From: an uncultured Hormoscilla sp.
GTDB taxonomy: Bacteria > Cyanobacteriota > Cyanobacteriia > Cyanobacteriales > Desertifilaceae
NCBI GenBank assembly: GCA_963921275.4
Contig: OZ001293.3
Location: forward strand, 5,568,001-5,632,000
Direction of reading: 5' to 3'
Length of the DNA stretch: 64,000 nt
The first letter of the stretch is position 1; each line of letters opens with the position of its first letter. The notes beneath the pieces were generated by a model that worked only from the letters and a program-made list of their open reading frames with translations, did not search any database and was not told where the DNA came from. Positions 39,040 through 49,200 of the stretch are shown one piece after another. The position numbers were made by a program, and so were the translations under genes.

Positions 39040-39381
39040 CTGATGTTTGACCACACCCCCTGGGAACGTTTCTAAGCCATAAAAGCCAGTTTAGACTGTG
39101 TGCAAGCAGTAAGATTATTCTATTTAGCAGGAGTATTAGAGATAATCTCTCCACCGAGTCGCAAGCACGAACAGATCAAAATTACCCTGGGGTTGCTGCT
39201 AAAAGCTTACATGAAAGAAAAAGGTATCCGGTTCTACCTCTGTGGCAGGTTTCCCATAGAAGATGGTTATGCTTATGGCGCACCTGACGACTCTTATTGT
39301 ATTAGTAGCGATAAAGATGTTCCAGATATTGTGATAGAAATCATTATGACTGGCGGCGAGATCGACAAGCGAGAACTGTAG
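39040..39381 (+). pseudogene. Degenerate Uma2-family fragment
   Basis: RLFYLAGVLEIISP..HEQIK..PDDSYCI..PDIVIEII, truncated. Confidence 0.65.
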
Positions 39382-39446
39382 CATACCCAACAGCATCTCA
39401 CTCGCGAATCATTAATTCTCAATTGAGAATTTTCTATTGACAATTC

Positions 39447-39881
39447 TCAATCATTGCGATTCTCTATAAACTCTAACAAAATTATTTGATGCACGCTGCT
39501 TATAGGTCGCACTTCACCTGCATTTTCCGAGTAACACTCACCCCTGCGAATATCTGCTATAGTCAAGAACCCCATATCCCAACCTTCCCCCAAGACTAAG
39601 TATTCAAGTTCCATCTCAATACTCCCAGAAAAAATATGACGAACGACTTCATCCGTTTTATAGCAGCGAAAGAAAGAAATCGCCGGCGGACAATAGCCAA
39701 TTTCCTCTAATAATTCCCGCCGCATTGCTGCTTCTAAAGGTTCTCCGGGTTCTATGTGACAGCCGAAAAAAGCCCAGAGACCTGGATGGGTAATACTGGG
39801 GATATTATCTCGCAGTTGCATCAAAAATCGGTCTTGACGATATAAGATCGCAATCGCCACCTCAACAGGTTGATTACTCAT
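39447..39881 (-). CDS. NUDIX hydrolase
   Basis: QLRD..I..PGLWAFFGCHIEPGE..AAMRRELLEEIG Nudix box. Confidence 0.88.
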   Translation of the reverse strand: MSNQPVEVAIAILYRQDRFLMQLRDNIPSITHPGLWAFFGCHIEPGEPLEAAMRRELLEEIGYCPPAISFFRCYKTDEVVRHIFSGSIEMELEYLVLGEGWDMGFLTIADIRRGECYSENAGEVRPISSVHQIILLEFIENRND

Positions 39882-40278
39882 TGCTTGTTGTATCCCCTCG
39901 ATCTGGTTGCTGTTCTAGCTTTTGGGTTTCCCAGAAATAGACTTCGGAAAAATATAGTCCTTCCACAGGAATGCTTTCATAGCGGATCTCCCCAGCGATC
40001 GTAATTTTATCTCCGAGTTGAGGCAAACTTGAGGTAGTGAACACCCACATCTTACCGCTAGCATCGTCAAGCTGATAGAGTTGAGCATCCAGCAAGGGGA
40101 CTTGCTTGATGACTGTGCCTCTTAAGTAAACTGTAGTTGTGCCCTTGGGGATCTGCGGGATATCACTGATATTGGTGAGCTTGATATCCAGTGCCGAGTT
40201 ACCGCAACCCCACAGCCCCAGGAGCGGCAAGGCGGTGCCGATCGATCTCTTGACACCTGTAATGAGAGATTTTATCAT
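39874..40278 (-). CDS. Putative lipoprotein with OB-fold-like domain
   Basis: LLGLWGC lipobox-like, VYLRGTV, YQLDDASGKMWV. Confidence 0.6.
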   Translation of the reverse strand: MIKSLITGVKRSIGTALPLLGLWGCGNSALDIKLTNISDIPQIPKGTTTVYLRGTVIKQVPLLDAQLYQLDDASGKMWVFTTSSLPQLGDKITIAGEIRYESIPVEGLYFSEVYFWETQKLEQQPDRGDTTSNE

Positions 40279-40395
40279 GCTTGTCAAAAGACCCAGAATG
40301 CAAAGATGATAGGTGTTGCTATACAAGCATGATATCCTTTGGGACAGGAAAATGGTCAACAACAAAGAGGCTCTGGCATCAACTGTATCGGACTC

Positions 40396-41265
40396 ATGAC
40401 TAAAATGGCTCAAATCTTAGATGGTAAAGCCCTGGCCAAGCGGATGCAATCGGAATTGCTCGATCGCGTGCAGACCCTACAAGCTGATAGCAAGCGTCCT
40501 CCAGGGTTAGCAGTGCTGATGGTGGGGGACGACCCCGCCAGCATTATCTACGTGCGCAAGAAGCAGGAAGCCTGTGCTAAGGTGGGTATTGCCTCTTTTA
40601 GTCAGCATTTGCCAGGCACCACTAGCCAAGCTGAACTAGAAGCAATAATTGACAAGCTAAATTTTGACTTACGGGTAGACGGTATTCTCCTCCAGCTACC
40701 GCTACCGAAACACCTAGATGCTAAATCACTTTTAGCTCAAATCCACCCCGACAAAGATGTCGATGGACTCCACCCTACTAATATGGGGAAACTGGTACTG
40801 GGAGAACCGAGCTTGCGCAGCTGCACCCCGGCAGGCATGATGCGCCTGTTAGAAGCATACCAGATTCCAGTCCAAGGCAAACATGCAGTGGTGGTGGGGG
40901 CCAGTATCCTGGCAGGTAAACCAGCGGCCCTGATGCTGTTGGCGGCCAATGCCACGGTGACGATCGCCCATATCTTCACCCCAAATTTATCAGAAATTAC
41001 TCGAAAAGCTGATATTCTAATTGTGGCGACAGGCAATCCTCAAATGATCAAAGGCGACATGGTTAAAGACCGAGTCGTAGTTCTGGATGTGGGGATTAAC
41101 CGAGTCACCGACGCAAACGGGAAGGTCCGTTTGGTGGGAGACGTTCATTTTGAGGAAGTGCGGCCCGTGGCGCAATATATCACGCCCGTTCCCGGCGGGG
41201 TTGGTCCGATGACTGTGGCCATGCTGTTGGAAAATACAGTATGGAGCTACATCCAGCGAATTTAA
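40396..41265 (+). CDS. folD: Bifunctional methylenetetrahydrofolate dehydrogenase/cyclohydrolase
   Basis: [45 protein letters not shown]. Confidence 0.97.
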   Translation: MTKMAQILDGKALAKRMQSELLDRVQTLQADSKRPPGLAVLMVGDDPASIIYVRKKQEACAKVGIASFSQHLPGTTSQAELEAIIDKLNFDLRVDGILLQLPLPKHLDAKSLLAQIHPDKDVDGLHPTNMGKLVLGEPSLRSCTPAGMMRLLEAYQIPVQGKHAVVVGASILAGKPAALMLLAANATVTIAHIFTPNLSEITRKADILIVATGNPQMIKGDMVKDRVVVLDVGINRVTDANGKVRLVGDVHFEEVRPVAQYITPVPGGVGPMTVAMLLENTVWSYIQRI

Positions 41266-41285
41266 GTGCGGTCCTTTGAGTAGTA

Positions 41286-42206
41286 ATGATGTTAGTGAAA
41301 GATAATCAACAAGCCACTGAGGCATTTGACCTGGCAGTTTACCTGCAAAAACGCAAGGCCCTGGTGGATGCAGCCCTCGATCGGGCGCTACCAGTTAGCT
41401 ATCCCGAAAAGATCTACGAGGCGATGCGCTACTCCCTCTTAGCTGGTGGCAAGCGTTTGCGTCCCATCCTTTGTCTTGCTAGCTGCGAGTTAACGGGAGG
41501 CACCGTGGAAATGGCCATGCCCACAGCCTGTGCCTTGGAGATGATTCACACCATGTCATTGATCCATGATGACTTGCCAGCAATGGACAATGATGATTTC
41601 CGCAGAGGTAAGCCGACGAACCATAAAGTCTATGGGGAAAACATGGCGATCCTAGCAGGGGATGGCTTGATGATCTATGCCTTTGAATATATTGCCCGGG
41701 CCACTGAACAGGTCCCAGCCGATCGGGTGTTGGCAGTAATTACCCAGATAGCAACAGCCTCTGGGGCTGCTGGGTTGGTGGGCGGTCAAGTGGTGGACCT
41801 GGAATATGAAGGCAAGTCGGATGTGTCTTTGTCAACACTCAATTATATTCATACTCACAAAACTGGAGCGCTGTTAGAATTTACAGTAGTCTCGGGCGCG
41901 ATGCTAGCTGGCTGTCCGGCATCGGATTTAGAGCGCCTCTCCCAATATGCGAAAAATATTGGCTTAGCTTTTCAGATTATCGATGATATTTTGGATATTA
42001 CGGCAACCCAAGCCGAATTGGGCAAAACTGCTGGTAAAGACCTGCAAGCCCAAAAGGTGACCTTCCCTAGTATCTGGGGAATTGATGAGTCGAAAAATCA
42101 GGCCCATTCCCTAGTACACCAGGCGAAGGCTCAACTGGAACCCTTTGGAGAACAGGCGATACCCCTGATGGCGATCGCCGATTTTATCACCACCCGCAGT
42201 TACTAA
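41286..42206 (+). CDS. crtE: Geranylgeranyl diphosphate synthase
   Basis: [40 protein letters not shown]. Confidence 0.95.
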   Translation: MMLVKDNQQATEAFDLAVYLQKRKALVDAALDRALPVSYPEKIYEAMRYSLLAGGKRLRPILCLASCELTGGTVEMAMPTACALEMIHTMSLIHDDLPAMDNDDFRRGKPTNHKVYGENMAILAGDGLMIYAFEYIARATEQVPADRVLAVITQIATASGAAGLVGGQVVDLEYEGKSDVSLSTLNYIHTHKTGALLEFTVVSGAMLAGCPASDLERLSQYAKNIGLAFQIIDDILDITATQAELGKTAGKDLQAQKVTFPSIWGIDESKNQAHSLVHQAKAQLEPFGEQAIPLMAIADFITTRSY

Positions 42207-42215
42207 AAAACCATT

Positions 42216-42674
42216 ATGCAGGACCTTGGCCATATCCTGAACAATCGCGTGCTGTTGGTATCGCTGATCGCCTGTTCGATCGCTCAATCACTAAAGCTAG
42301 TAGTCGATCTGGTAAAAAATCAGAAGCTGAATGTTCGCGCTTTAGTCACCACTGGTGGCATGCCGAGTTCTCATTCGACCCTGGTGACGGCCCTGGCTAC
42401 GGAAGTAGGACAGAAAACTGGCTGGGAAAGTCCTGATTTCGCGATCGCCACTATTTTTGCTATTATCGTCATGTACGATGCTGCTGGTGTTCGCCAAGCT
42501 GCTGGCAAGCAGGCCCGCATTCTCAACCAGATCATTGACGAGCTATTTCAAGAGAAACCTGAGTTCAACGAAGACCGCTTAAAGGAATTACTCGGACATA
42601 CTCCCTTTCAGGTAATTGTCGGTTTCCTGCTGGGAGTTGGAATTTCCTTTATTGCTACTTTTATTTATGGCTAA
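42216..42674 (+). CDS. Divergent PAP2 family protein (DUF212)
   Basis: GGMPSSH, VMYDAAGVR, LKELLGHTP. Confidence 0.92.
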   Translation: MQDLGHILNNRVLLVSLIACSIAQSLKLVVDLVKNQKLNVRALVTTGGMPSSHSTLVTALATEVGQKTGWESPDFAIATIFAIIVMYDAAGVRQAAGKQARILNQIIDELFQEKPEFNEDRLKELLGHTPFQVIVGFLLGVGISFIATFIYG

Positions 42675-42734
42675 TTGCCAATTGCGAATGGTGAATGATG
42701 AAGGGAAAATGGACATGAACATGAATAAATAAAT

Positions 42735-43605
42735 CTACCTTAGCAATGGTATACGCAGCACGCATGCCACTGAAGATAGAAGGACGAATTCCTTCAGCGG
42801 TAAAGGAGTCTACCACGCAGGCGGCTTCTCCTGCCAACACTGGATTTTGTGCGTGTAGCTTTTGATTCCCGTTCCACAAATATATGGGATGACCATAGGG
42901 CTTATTTATCCCATCCACATTAAACATATTAGCATATTCCACTAATTTCTGCTTGAACTTTTCGGGAGTTTTCCCCCAGAAACGGCCCACCCCGATGGAG
43001 TAGCCATCAGTTTTGGGAAAGTTCCAACCATAGCCTTTTTCGATCGCACCTAATTCAAAATAGGCGCTAGTTAATTTTTGCTATTCGGTGGGAATTTCTG
43101 CTTCCAAAGCCGAGCCCATAGTATACTTACGTTATGAGAAACCCAGCCATTGCGCCATCGGACCTTTGGCACCATCGGTGGCGATCGGATAGCGACCTGT
43201 TACTGGTTCCGAAGCCGTGTTTACCTGCCAGCAGGTGCCCTGCCATTCTATTCCCGTCACTGCTGTCTTGTTTCGGAGTTGGGCACTTTGGGCGATCGCC
43301 TACTTGACCAGAAAGTAGTCAAATACCTCTCGCAGCACCATCCAAATAGGAGGAACATCCAGATTTACCTCTATCGGATCTCCTTGATTCCAAGTATAGC
43401 ATACCGAGTTAACCTTGAGAGAGATAGCAGGAGTCAAATCAAAATCAAACCACTCTTGCACTGCGGGGGAAACCCCACCGCCACAAGGTTTGTAGCGAGG
43501 TAACTCGGCTTTTTCCAGCAGTAACACGGAACATCCCCGCTTGGCTAAATGATAAGCAGCCGTTCCTCCAGCCAGTCCCGCACCTACTATAATACAGTCA
43601 AACAT
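42735..43605 (-). pseudogene. Geranylgeranyl-reductase-family flavoprotein, disrupted
   Basis: MFDCIIVGAGLAG..LPRYKPCGGGV; stop at 43300; later GYGWNFPK..GEAACVVD.FTAEGIRPS fragments. Confidence 0.85.
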
Positions 43606-43775
43606 GAATGTTAATTGTTAGTTGTTAGTTGTGGGTTGTGGGTTGTCAACCTCCAATTTTTTTGTTTCTGTGGGTAAATGAATGGTGGTGCATGACACTT
43701 CGGATGGTAGGTCATATGGGGTGTCCTCATGTGAGATTAATCTCTCGATCGCACAATCATTCTATCGCCTTCATA

Positions 43776-44678
43776 TTACTTTAATTCCCGAGCTAGACCC
43801 GCCCCAGTTTTAGCAACCCAAATTGAATCAAAGTTTTTCAGCATAACTTCAGTAGGATTTATCTTTTCATCGCTTCCTATCTTCTCAAAACTTGCATTCA
43901 CATTAGGGTAGATAAAGAAAGGAATCGAAATTATACTCTTGGAGAGTTTGTGAATAACTTCATGGGGAGTGCTAACAAACAAGCCATTCGTCCAGAGTTG
44001 CAGCATATCGCCCAAGTTGATGACAAAAGCATCTTCCAAACAGTCAGCATCAATCCAGGCATTTTTGGTATAAACTCGTAGGGAAGGACTGGGGAAATCT
44101 TCTTGGATTAATACGGTGAAAATACCATTATCCGTGTGTTTCCCTGCCACGCCACCTTCAGGGGGATAGTAAATAGTCCGATGGATGACGATCGGATCGT
44201 CAAAATAAGGGTCAAACCAATCGGGTTCCCGGTTTAAAGCAACGGCCAGCGCCCGGAGCAGGTGGGGCACAATTTTGGTTACGATCTCCCCTTGAAGCTG
44301 ATAATGGGATACTGCAAAATCGGAGGCTACGGTGTCATCGGGAATCACGGTCGGACCGGTAAAAGGCTTGTCCGATGGTGGACGTTCTATGCCGAGATCA
44401 AAAATTTCCTTGGGATCGGGGCCAACGTCTTCGTGAAGGGTTTCACCGTAGAGGGGAACGTAGCCCCGACATGTCTTGGGATAAACCGTTTGCTTGTCTT
44501 GGCCGTAGGCTTTTTTGATCTCTTCTGGCAACTGGAAAAAGTTGCGGGATGCGGCGATCGTTCGCCGAACCAAATCGGCCGAGATGCCGTGATCTTTCAA
44601 ATAGAAAAACCCATGCTCGTAGCAGATGCCATAGAGACGAATCAGACGATTTATATAGCTTAATATAGATATAAGCAA
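43776..44678 (-). CDS. 2OG-Fe(II) oxygenase, isopenicillin N synthase family; N-terminus probably truncated
   Basis: GFFYLKDHGI, HTD, VINLGDMLQLWTNG..STPH; the usual RxS Arg appears absent. Confidence 0.75.
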   Translation of the reverse strand: MLISILSYINRLIRLYGICYEHGFFYLKDHGISADLVRRTIAASRNFFQLPEEIKKAYGQDKQTVYPKTCRGYVPLYGETLHEDVGPDPKEIFDLGIERPPSDKPFTGPTVIPDDTVASDFAVSHYQLQGEIVTKIVPHLLRALAVALNREPDWFDPYFDDPIVIHRTIYYPPEGGVAGKHTDNGIFTVLIQEDFPSPSLRVYTKNAWIDADCLEDAFVINLGDMLQLWTNGLFVSTPHEVIHKLSKSIISIPFFIYPNVNASFEKIGSDEKINPTEVMLKNFDSIWVAKTGAGLARELK

Positions 44679-44923
44679 TTAAAAATTAAAAATTGAGAAA
44701 GCCTTTGAGCACAATGGTTTCAGCTTTTCGGTCTATGTAATTTAAATGCGCGACAGCTGATCACCTAAAACTATGCTCTGCATCGGTCGCGGGCCTTCCC
44801 GCCTGCGTGCAACACGCTACGCTGCCCATTTTTTTATCTAGCGATGACAGTCTGCAAATTCTTCTCCCGTACCGCTGGTGCATGGGTGGGGCAGTACACA
44901 TCCTACATACCCTACATTTAGCT

Positions 44924-45253
44924 CTAGGATGCTGAAACTAGGGACGCTAGGGGATCGGGTATCGTCTCCGAGGGGGAGGAAAAATTCCCAGTCAGGACAT
45001 ACTCCAAACGCAATTTTAACCAGGTAATAAATTGCTCATTCGTAGAAACGATCGCCGCTGCTGGTTGGGGACATTTCTTCTTCGCTTCTGCCATTTCTGG
45101 CGCTTCCAGAAATGCTGGTTGTACAATTAACCAAAAATCGATCTCCTTTTCCTTGGATTTGTAGTTATTCGTGCGTTCTCTGAGAACTTCCTCTAAGGGT
45201 TCTTCCTCTGTCAGAAACTTTTGAGAAGCCAGTACGTAGTAATACGTTTGCAT
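44924..45253 (-). CDS. ycf54: Mg-protoporphyrin IX monomethyl ester cyclase accessory protein Ycf54
   Basis: MQTYYYVLASQKFL.EEEPLEEVLRER..DFWL..FITWLKLRLEYV. Confidence 0.95.
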   Translation of the reverse strand: MQTYYYVLASQKFLTEEEPLEEVLRERTNNYKSKEKEIDFWLIVQPAFLEAPEMAEAKKKCPQPAAAIVSTNEQFITWLKLRLEYVLTGNFSSPSETIPDPLASLVSAS

Positions 45254-45311
45254 GCTCGATCTCGAACTTGACTGCTTTACTGTTTTACCATAATGATTGA
45301 CAAAATACAAG

Positions 45312-46076
45312 TCATAATTGTCCGCGCATGGCTTGCTTCATCTCCCGGACCGCTCTTTCTAATCCTACTAGGGCTGCTCTGCTAATGATACTATGACCGA
45401 TGTTGAGTTCTTCTATCCCCCGAATGCAAGCTACTGGGTAGACATTCCAGTAAGTCAGTCCATGTCCAGCGTTGACTCGCAAACCAGCTGCGATCGCCTG
45501 GGCGCATCCTTTGGCTAAGATATCTAATTCCCCCTGGCGACCTGCTTCGTCCTTAGCTTCTGCGTAGGTGCCGGTGTGCAGTTCGATAAACTTTGCCTTT
45601 ACCCGGGCGGAAGCGGCAATCTGGGCCTGGTCCGCGTCAATAAATAGACTAACTGGAATTCCCGCAGTTTGCAACTTGTCCACTATTGAGGCGATGCGCG
45701 AAACTTGACCTACTATATCCAGTCCCCCTTCCGTGGTCACCTCTTCCCGCTTTTCGGGCACCAGGGTGACATAGTCCGGTTTAATGTCCAGGGCAATGTT
45801 CACCATTTCTTCTGTGGCAGCCATTTCCAAATTCAGATGAGTGCGGATCGTCTGGCGCAGCAAGCGGACATCCCGGTCTTGGATATGCCGGCGGTCTTCC
45901 CGCAGATGGGCCGTAATGCCATCGGCACCGGCCAGTTCTGCCTGCACTGCTGCGGTCACTGGATCTGGTTCTACGGTGCGTCGGGCCTGCCGGATGGTCG
46001 CAATATGGTCGATGTTAACGCCTAGGGTGAGCAAGGGATGAACCTCTGTCCTGTCTAACTTAAGTGGTGTACTCAT
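45312..46076 (-). CDS. pdxJ: Pyridoxine 5'-phosphate synthase
   Basis: [45 protein letters not shown]. Confidence 0.97.
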   Translation of the reverse strand: MSTPLKLDRTEVHPLLTLGVNIDHIATIRQARRTVEPDPVTAAVQAELAGADGITAHLREDRRHIQDRDVRLLRQTIRTHLNLEMAATEEMVNIALDIKPDYVTLVPEKREEVTTEGGLDIVGQVSRIASIVDKLQTAGIPVSLFIDADQAQIAASARVKAKFIELHTGTYAEAKDEAGRQGELDILAKGCAQAIAAGLRVNAGHGLTYWNVYPVACIRGIEELNIGHSIISRAALVGLERAVREMKQAMRGQL

Positions 46077-46241
46077 GGAAAAAGCCGGGTTTAGCCGTCC
46101 GCGTAGCGTGCGCGCAGCGCATAGTAAAGGAAGTTGCTTTTCAAGAAGGTCCGATGCCTGATTTTTCCGGAACGGTGGGATGCAACGCTGCCAACCCCAT
46201 GCGCGCAGCGCACGCTGCGCGCGCAGGCATCGTGATAAACT

Positions 46242-49200
46242 TCAATTAACCACAGTGAAATCATCGACATTAATCAGGGTCGAATCAATCCCCTGCAGGG
46301 TGGCCAGGGTTTTCCCTTCAAAGTTAATCCGGGTATCGAGGCCCATCCTGACGATCGCCAAATCGTTGAAACTCAAACCTTCTGTTAGCCCAATCGAGTC
46401 CGTGCCATCTTCAAAGTCTATGATGGTATAGCCCATGCCGCCCGACTCCAGAACAAAAAGATCGGCCTGCTGAGATCGTCCGTAGAGGCTATCGTTTCCA
46501 TCTCCGCCGATGAGACCGTCGTTTCCGTAGACGCGATCGCTTCCATTTCCACCGGTGAGGGGGTCGTCCTCCTGGAGGCGATCGTCCTGACCGACTATTA
46601 GTGAGGCGACCTCCAGAACATCGTTGACGTTAATCGTGAAGACCTCCGAGTAACTGGCCCCAGCACCGTCGGTGGTCTGGACGCGGATGTTGTAACTGGA
46701 TCGGGTCTCAACGTCCGGGGAACTTTTAATTAGCAGGTTACTGACTATCATGAAGGCGCCGTTATCAAAGTCACCAACGCCGGGGACTAGCCGATAGGTA
46801 AAGGTATCGGATATGTCGGGGTCAATAGTGAAGAGAGTCCCCACGACGCTATTGACTGGGTCGGGGTTTTCATCAATGCTGTTGCCGCTGAGAACTATGT
46901 TGGTAGGAGGGGAGTTCTCTGCAATATCGATGGTAAAGACCTCCTCGTAACTGGCCCCAGTAGCGTCGGTAGTCTGGACGCGGATGCTGTAACTCGGCTG
47001 GGTCTCAATGCCCAGGAAACTGTTAACTCGCAGTTGGTTCCCTACTATGGTGAAAGCAGCGTTATCAAAGTCACCAACGCCGGGTACTAGCCGATAGGTA
47101 AAGGTATCGGATATGTCGGGGTCGATAGTGGAGAGAGTTCCTACGATGCTATCCAATGGGGCGTTTTCAGTGATGCTGCTGTTGCTGAGGGTTATGTCGG
47201 TAGGAGGGGAGTTCTCTACAACATCGGTGACATTAATAGTCAAGACCTCCGAGTAACCGGCCCCAGTCTCGTCGGTAGTCCGGACGCCGATGCTGTAACT
47301 CGATCGAGTCTCAAAGTCCAAAGAACTGTTAGTTAGCAGTTGGTTCCCTACTATGGTGAAGGTGTTGTCGACTCCGAGTAACTGGTAGGTAAAGCTATCT
47401 CCTTCGTCTGGGTCGGTAGTGGAGAAAGTCCCCACGATGCTACCCAATGGGGCGTTTTCAGTGATGCTGTTGTTGCTGAGGGTTATGTCGGTAGGAGGGG
47501 AGTTCTCTGCAACGTCGGTGACATTAATAGTCAAGACCTCCGAGTAACTGGCCCCTGTCTGGTCGGTAGTCTGGACTAATATCCTGTAAATCGACTGAGT
47601 CTCAAAGTCCAGGGAACTGTTAATTCGCAGTTGGTCCCCTACTATGGTGAAAGCAGCGTTATCATCGCCACCAAAGCCGGAGACTAACCGATAGGTAAAG
47701 GTATCTCCCTCGTCGGGATCGCTAGTTCCGAAAGTCCCCACGACTGCACCCGATGGAGAGTTTTCATTGATGATGCTGCTGCTGAGAACTATATCGGTAG
47801 GAGAGGAGTTCTCTGCAACGTCGGTGACATTAATAGTCAAGGCCTCCGAGTAACTGGCCCCAGTCTGGTCGGTAGTCTGGACGCGGATGCTGTAACTCGA
47901 CTGAGTCTCAAAGTCAGGGGAACTGTTAATTCGCAGTTGGTTCCCTACTATGGTGAAGGCGGCGTTATCATCGTCACCAACGCCTGAGACTAACTCGTAG
48001 GTAAAGGTATCTCCAGAGTTGGGGTCAGTAGTGGATAAAATCCCCACAACAGTATTGGCTGGGGAGTTTTCATTGACATTGATGCTGCCGCTGAGTTCGA
48101 TGTCGGTAGGAGATTCGGCAACATCGTTGACGTTAATAGTCAAGACCTCCTCGTAACTGGCCCCAGTCTGGTCGGTAGTCCGGACGCCGATGTTGTAACT
48201 CGACTGGGTCTCAAAGTCCAAAGAACTGTTAGTTAGCAGTTCGTCCCCTACTATCGTGAAGGCGTTGCTGCCGAAGAGTAACTGGTAGGTAAAGCTATCT
48301 CCAATGTCGGCGTCGGTAGTTCCGAAAGTCCCCACGACTACACCCAATGGGGAGTTTTCATCAATGCTGCTGTTGCTGAGAACTATGTCAGTAGGAGAGG
48401 AGTTCTCAGCAACATCGTTGACGTTAATAGTCAAGACCTCCTCGTAACTGGCCCCAGTAGCGTCGGTAGTCTGGACCCGGATGCTGTAACTCGACTGAGT
48501 CTCAAAGTCCAAAGAACTGTTAATTCGCAGTTGGTCCCCTACTATGGTGAAGGCGGCGTTATCATCGTCACCAACGCCTGAGACTAACTGGTAGGTAAAG
48601 GTATCTCCAGAGTTGGGGTCAGTAGTGGAGAAAGTCCCCACGACTGCACCCAATGGGGAGTTTTCATCAATACTGCTGCTGCTGAGTTCGATGTCGGTAG
48701 GAGATTCGGCAACATCGTTAACCTCAATAATCAAGACCCTCGAGAAACTGTCCCCAGCAGCGTCGGTAGTCTGGACGAGGATGCTGTAACTCGACTGGGT
48801 CTCAAAGTCCGGGGAACTGTTAATCCGCAGTCGGTCTCCTTCTATGGTGAAGGCGTCGTTATCATCGGGACCAACGTCGGAGATTAACTGGTAGCTAAAG
48901 GTATCTCCCTCGTCGGGGTCGGTAGTCGAGAAAGTGCCCACGACTGTATCCGATGGGGAGTTTTCATCAATGCTGCTGTTGCTGAGAACTATGTCAGTAG
49001 GAGAGGAGTTCTCTGCAACATCGGTGACGTTAATAGTCAAGACCTCCGAGTAACTGGCCCCAGCAGCGTCGGTAGTCCGGACGAATATCTCGTAACTCGA
49101 CTGAGTCTCAAAGTCCAAAGAACTGTTAGTTCGCAGTTCGTCCCCTACTATGGTGAAGGCGTTGCTGCCGGAGAGTAACTGGTAGGTAAAGCTATCTCCA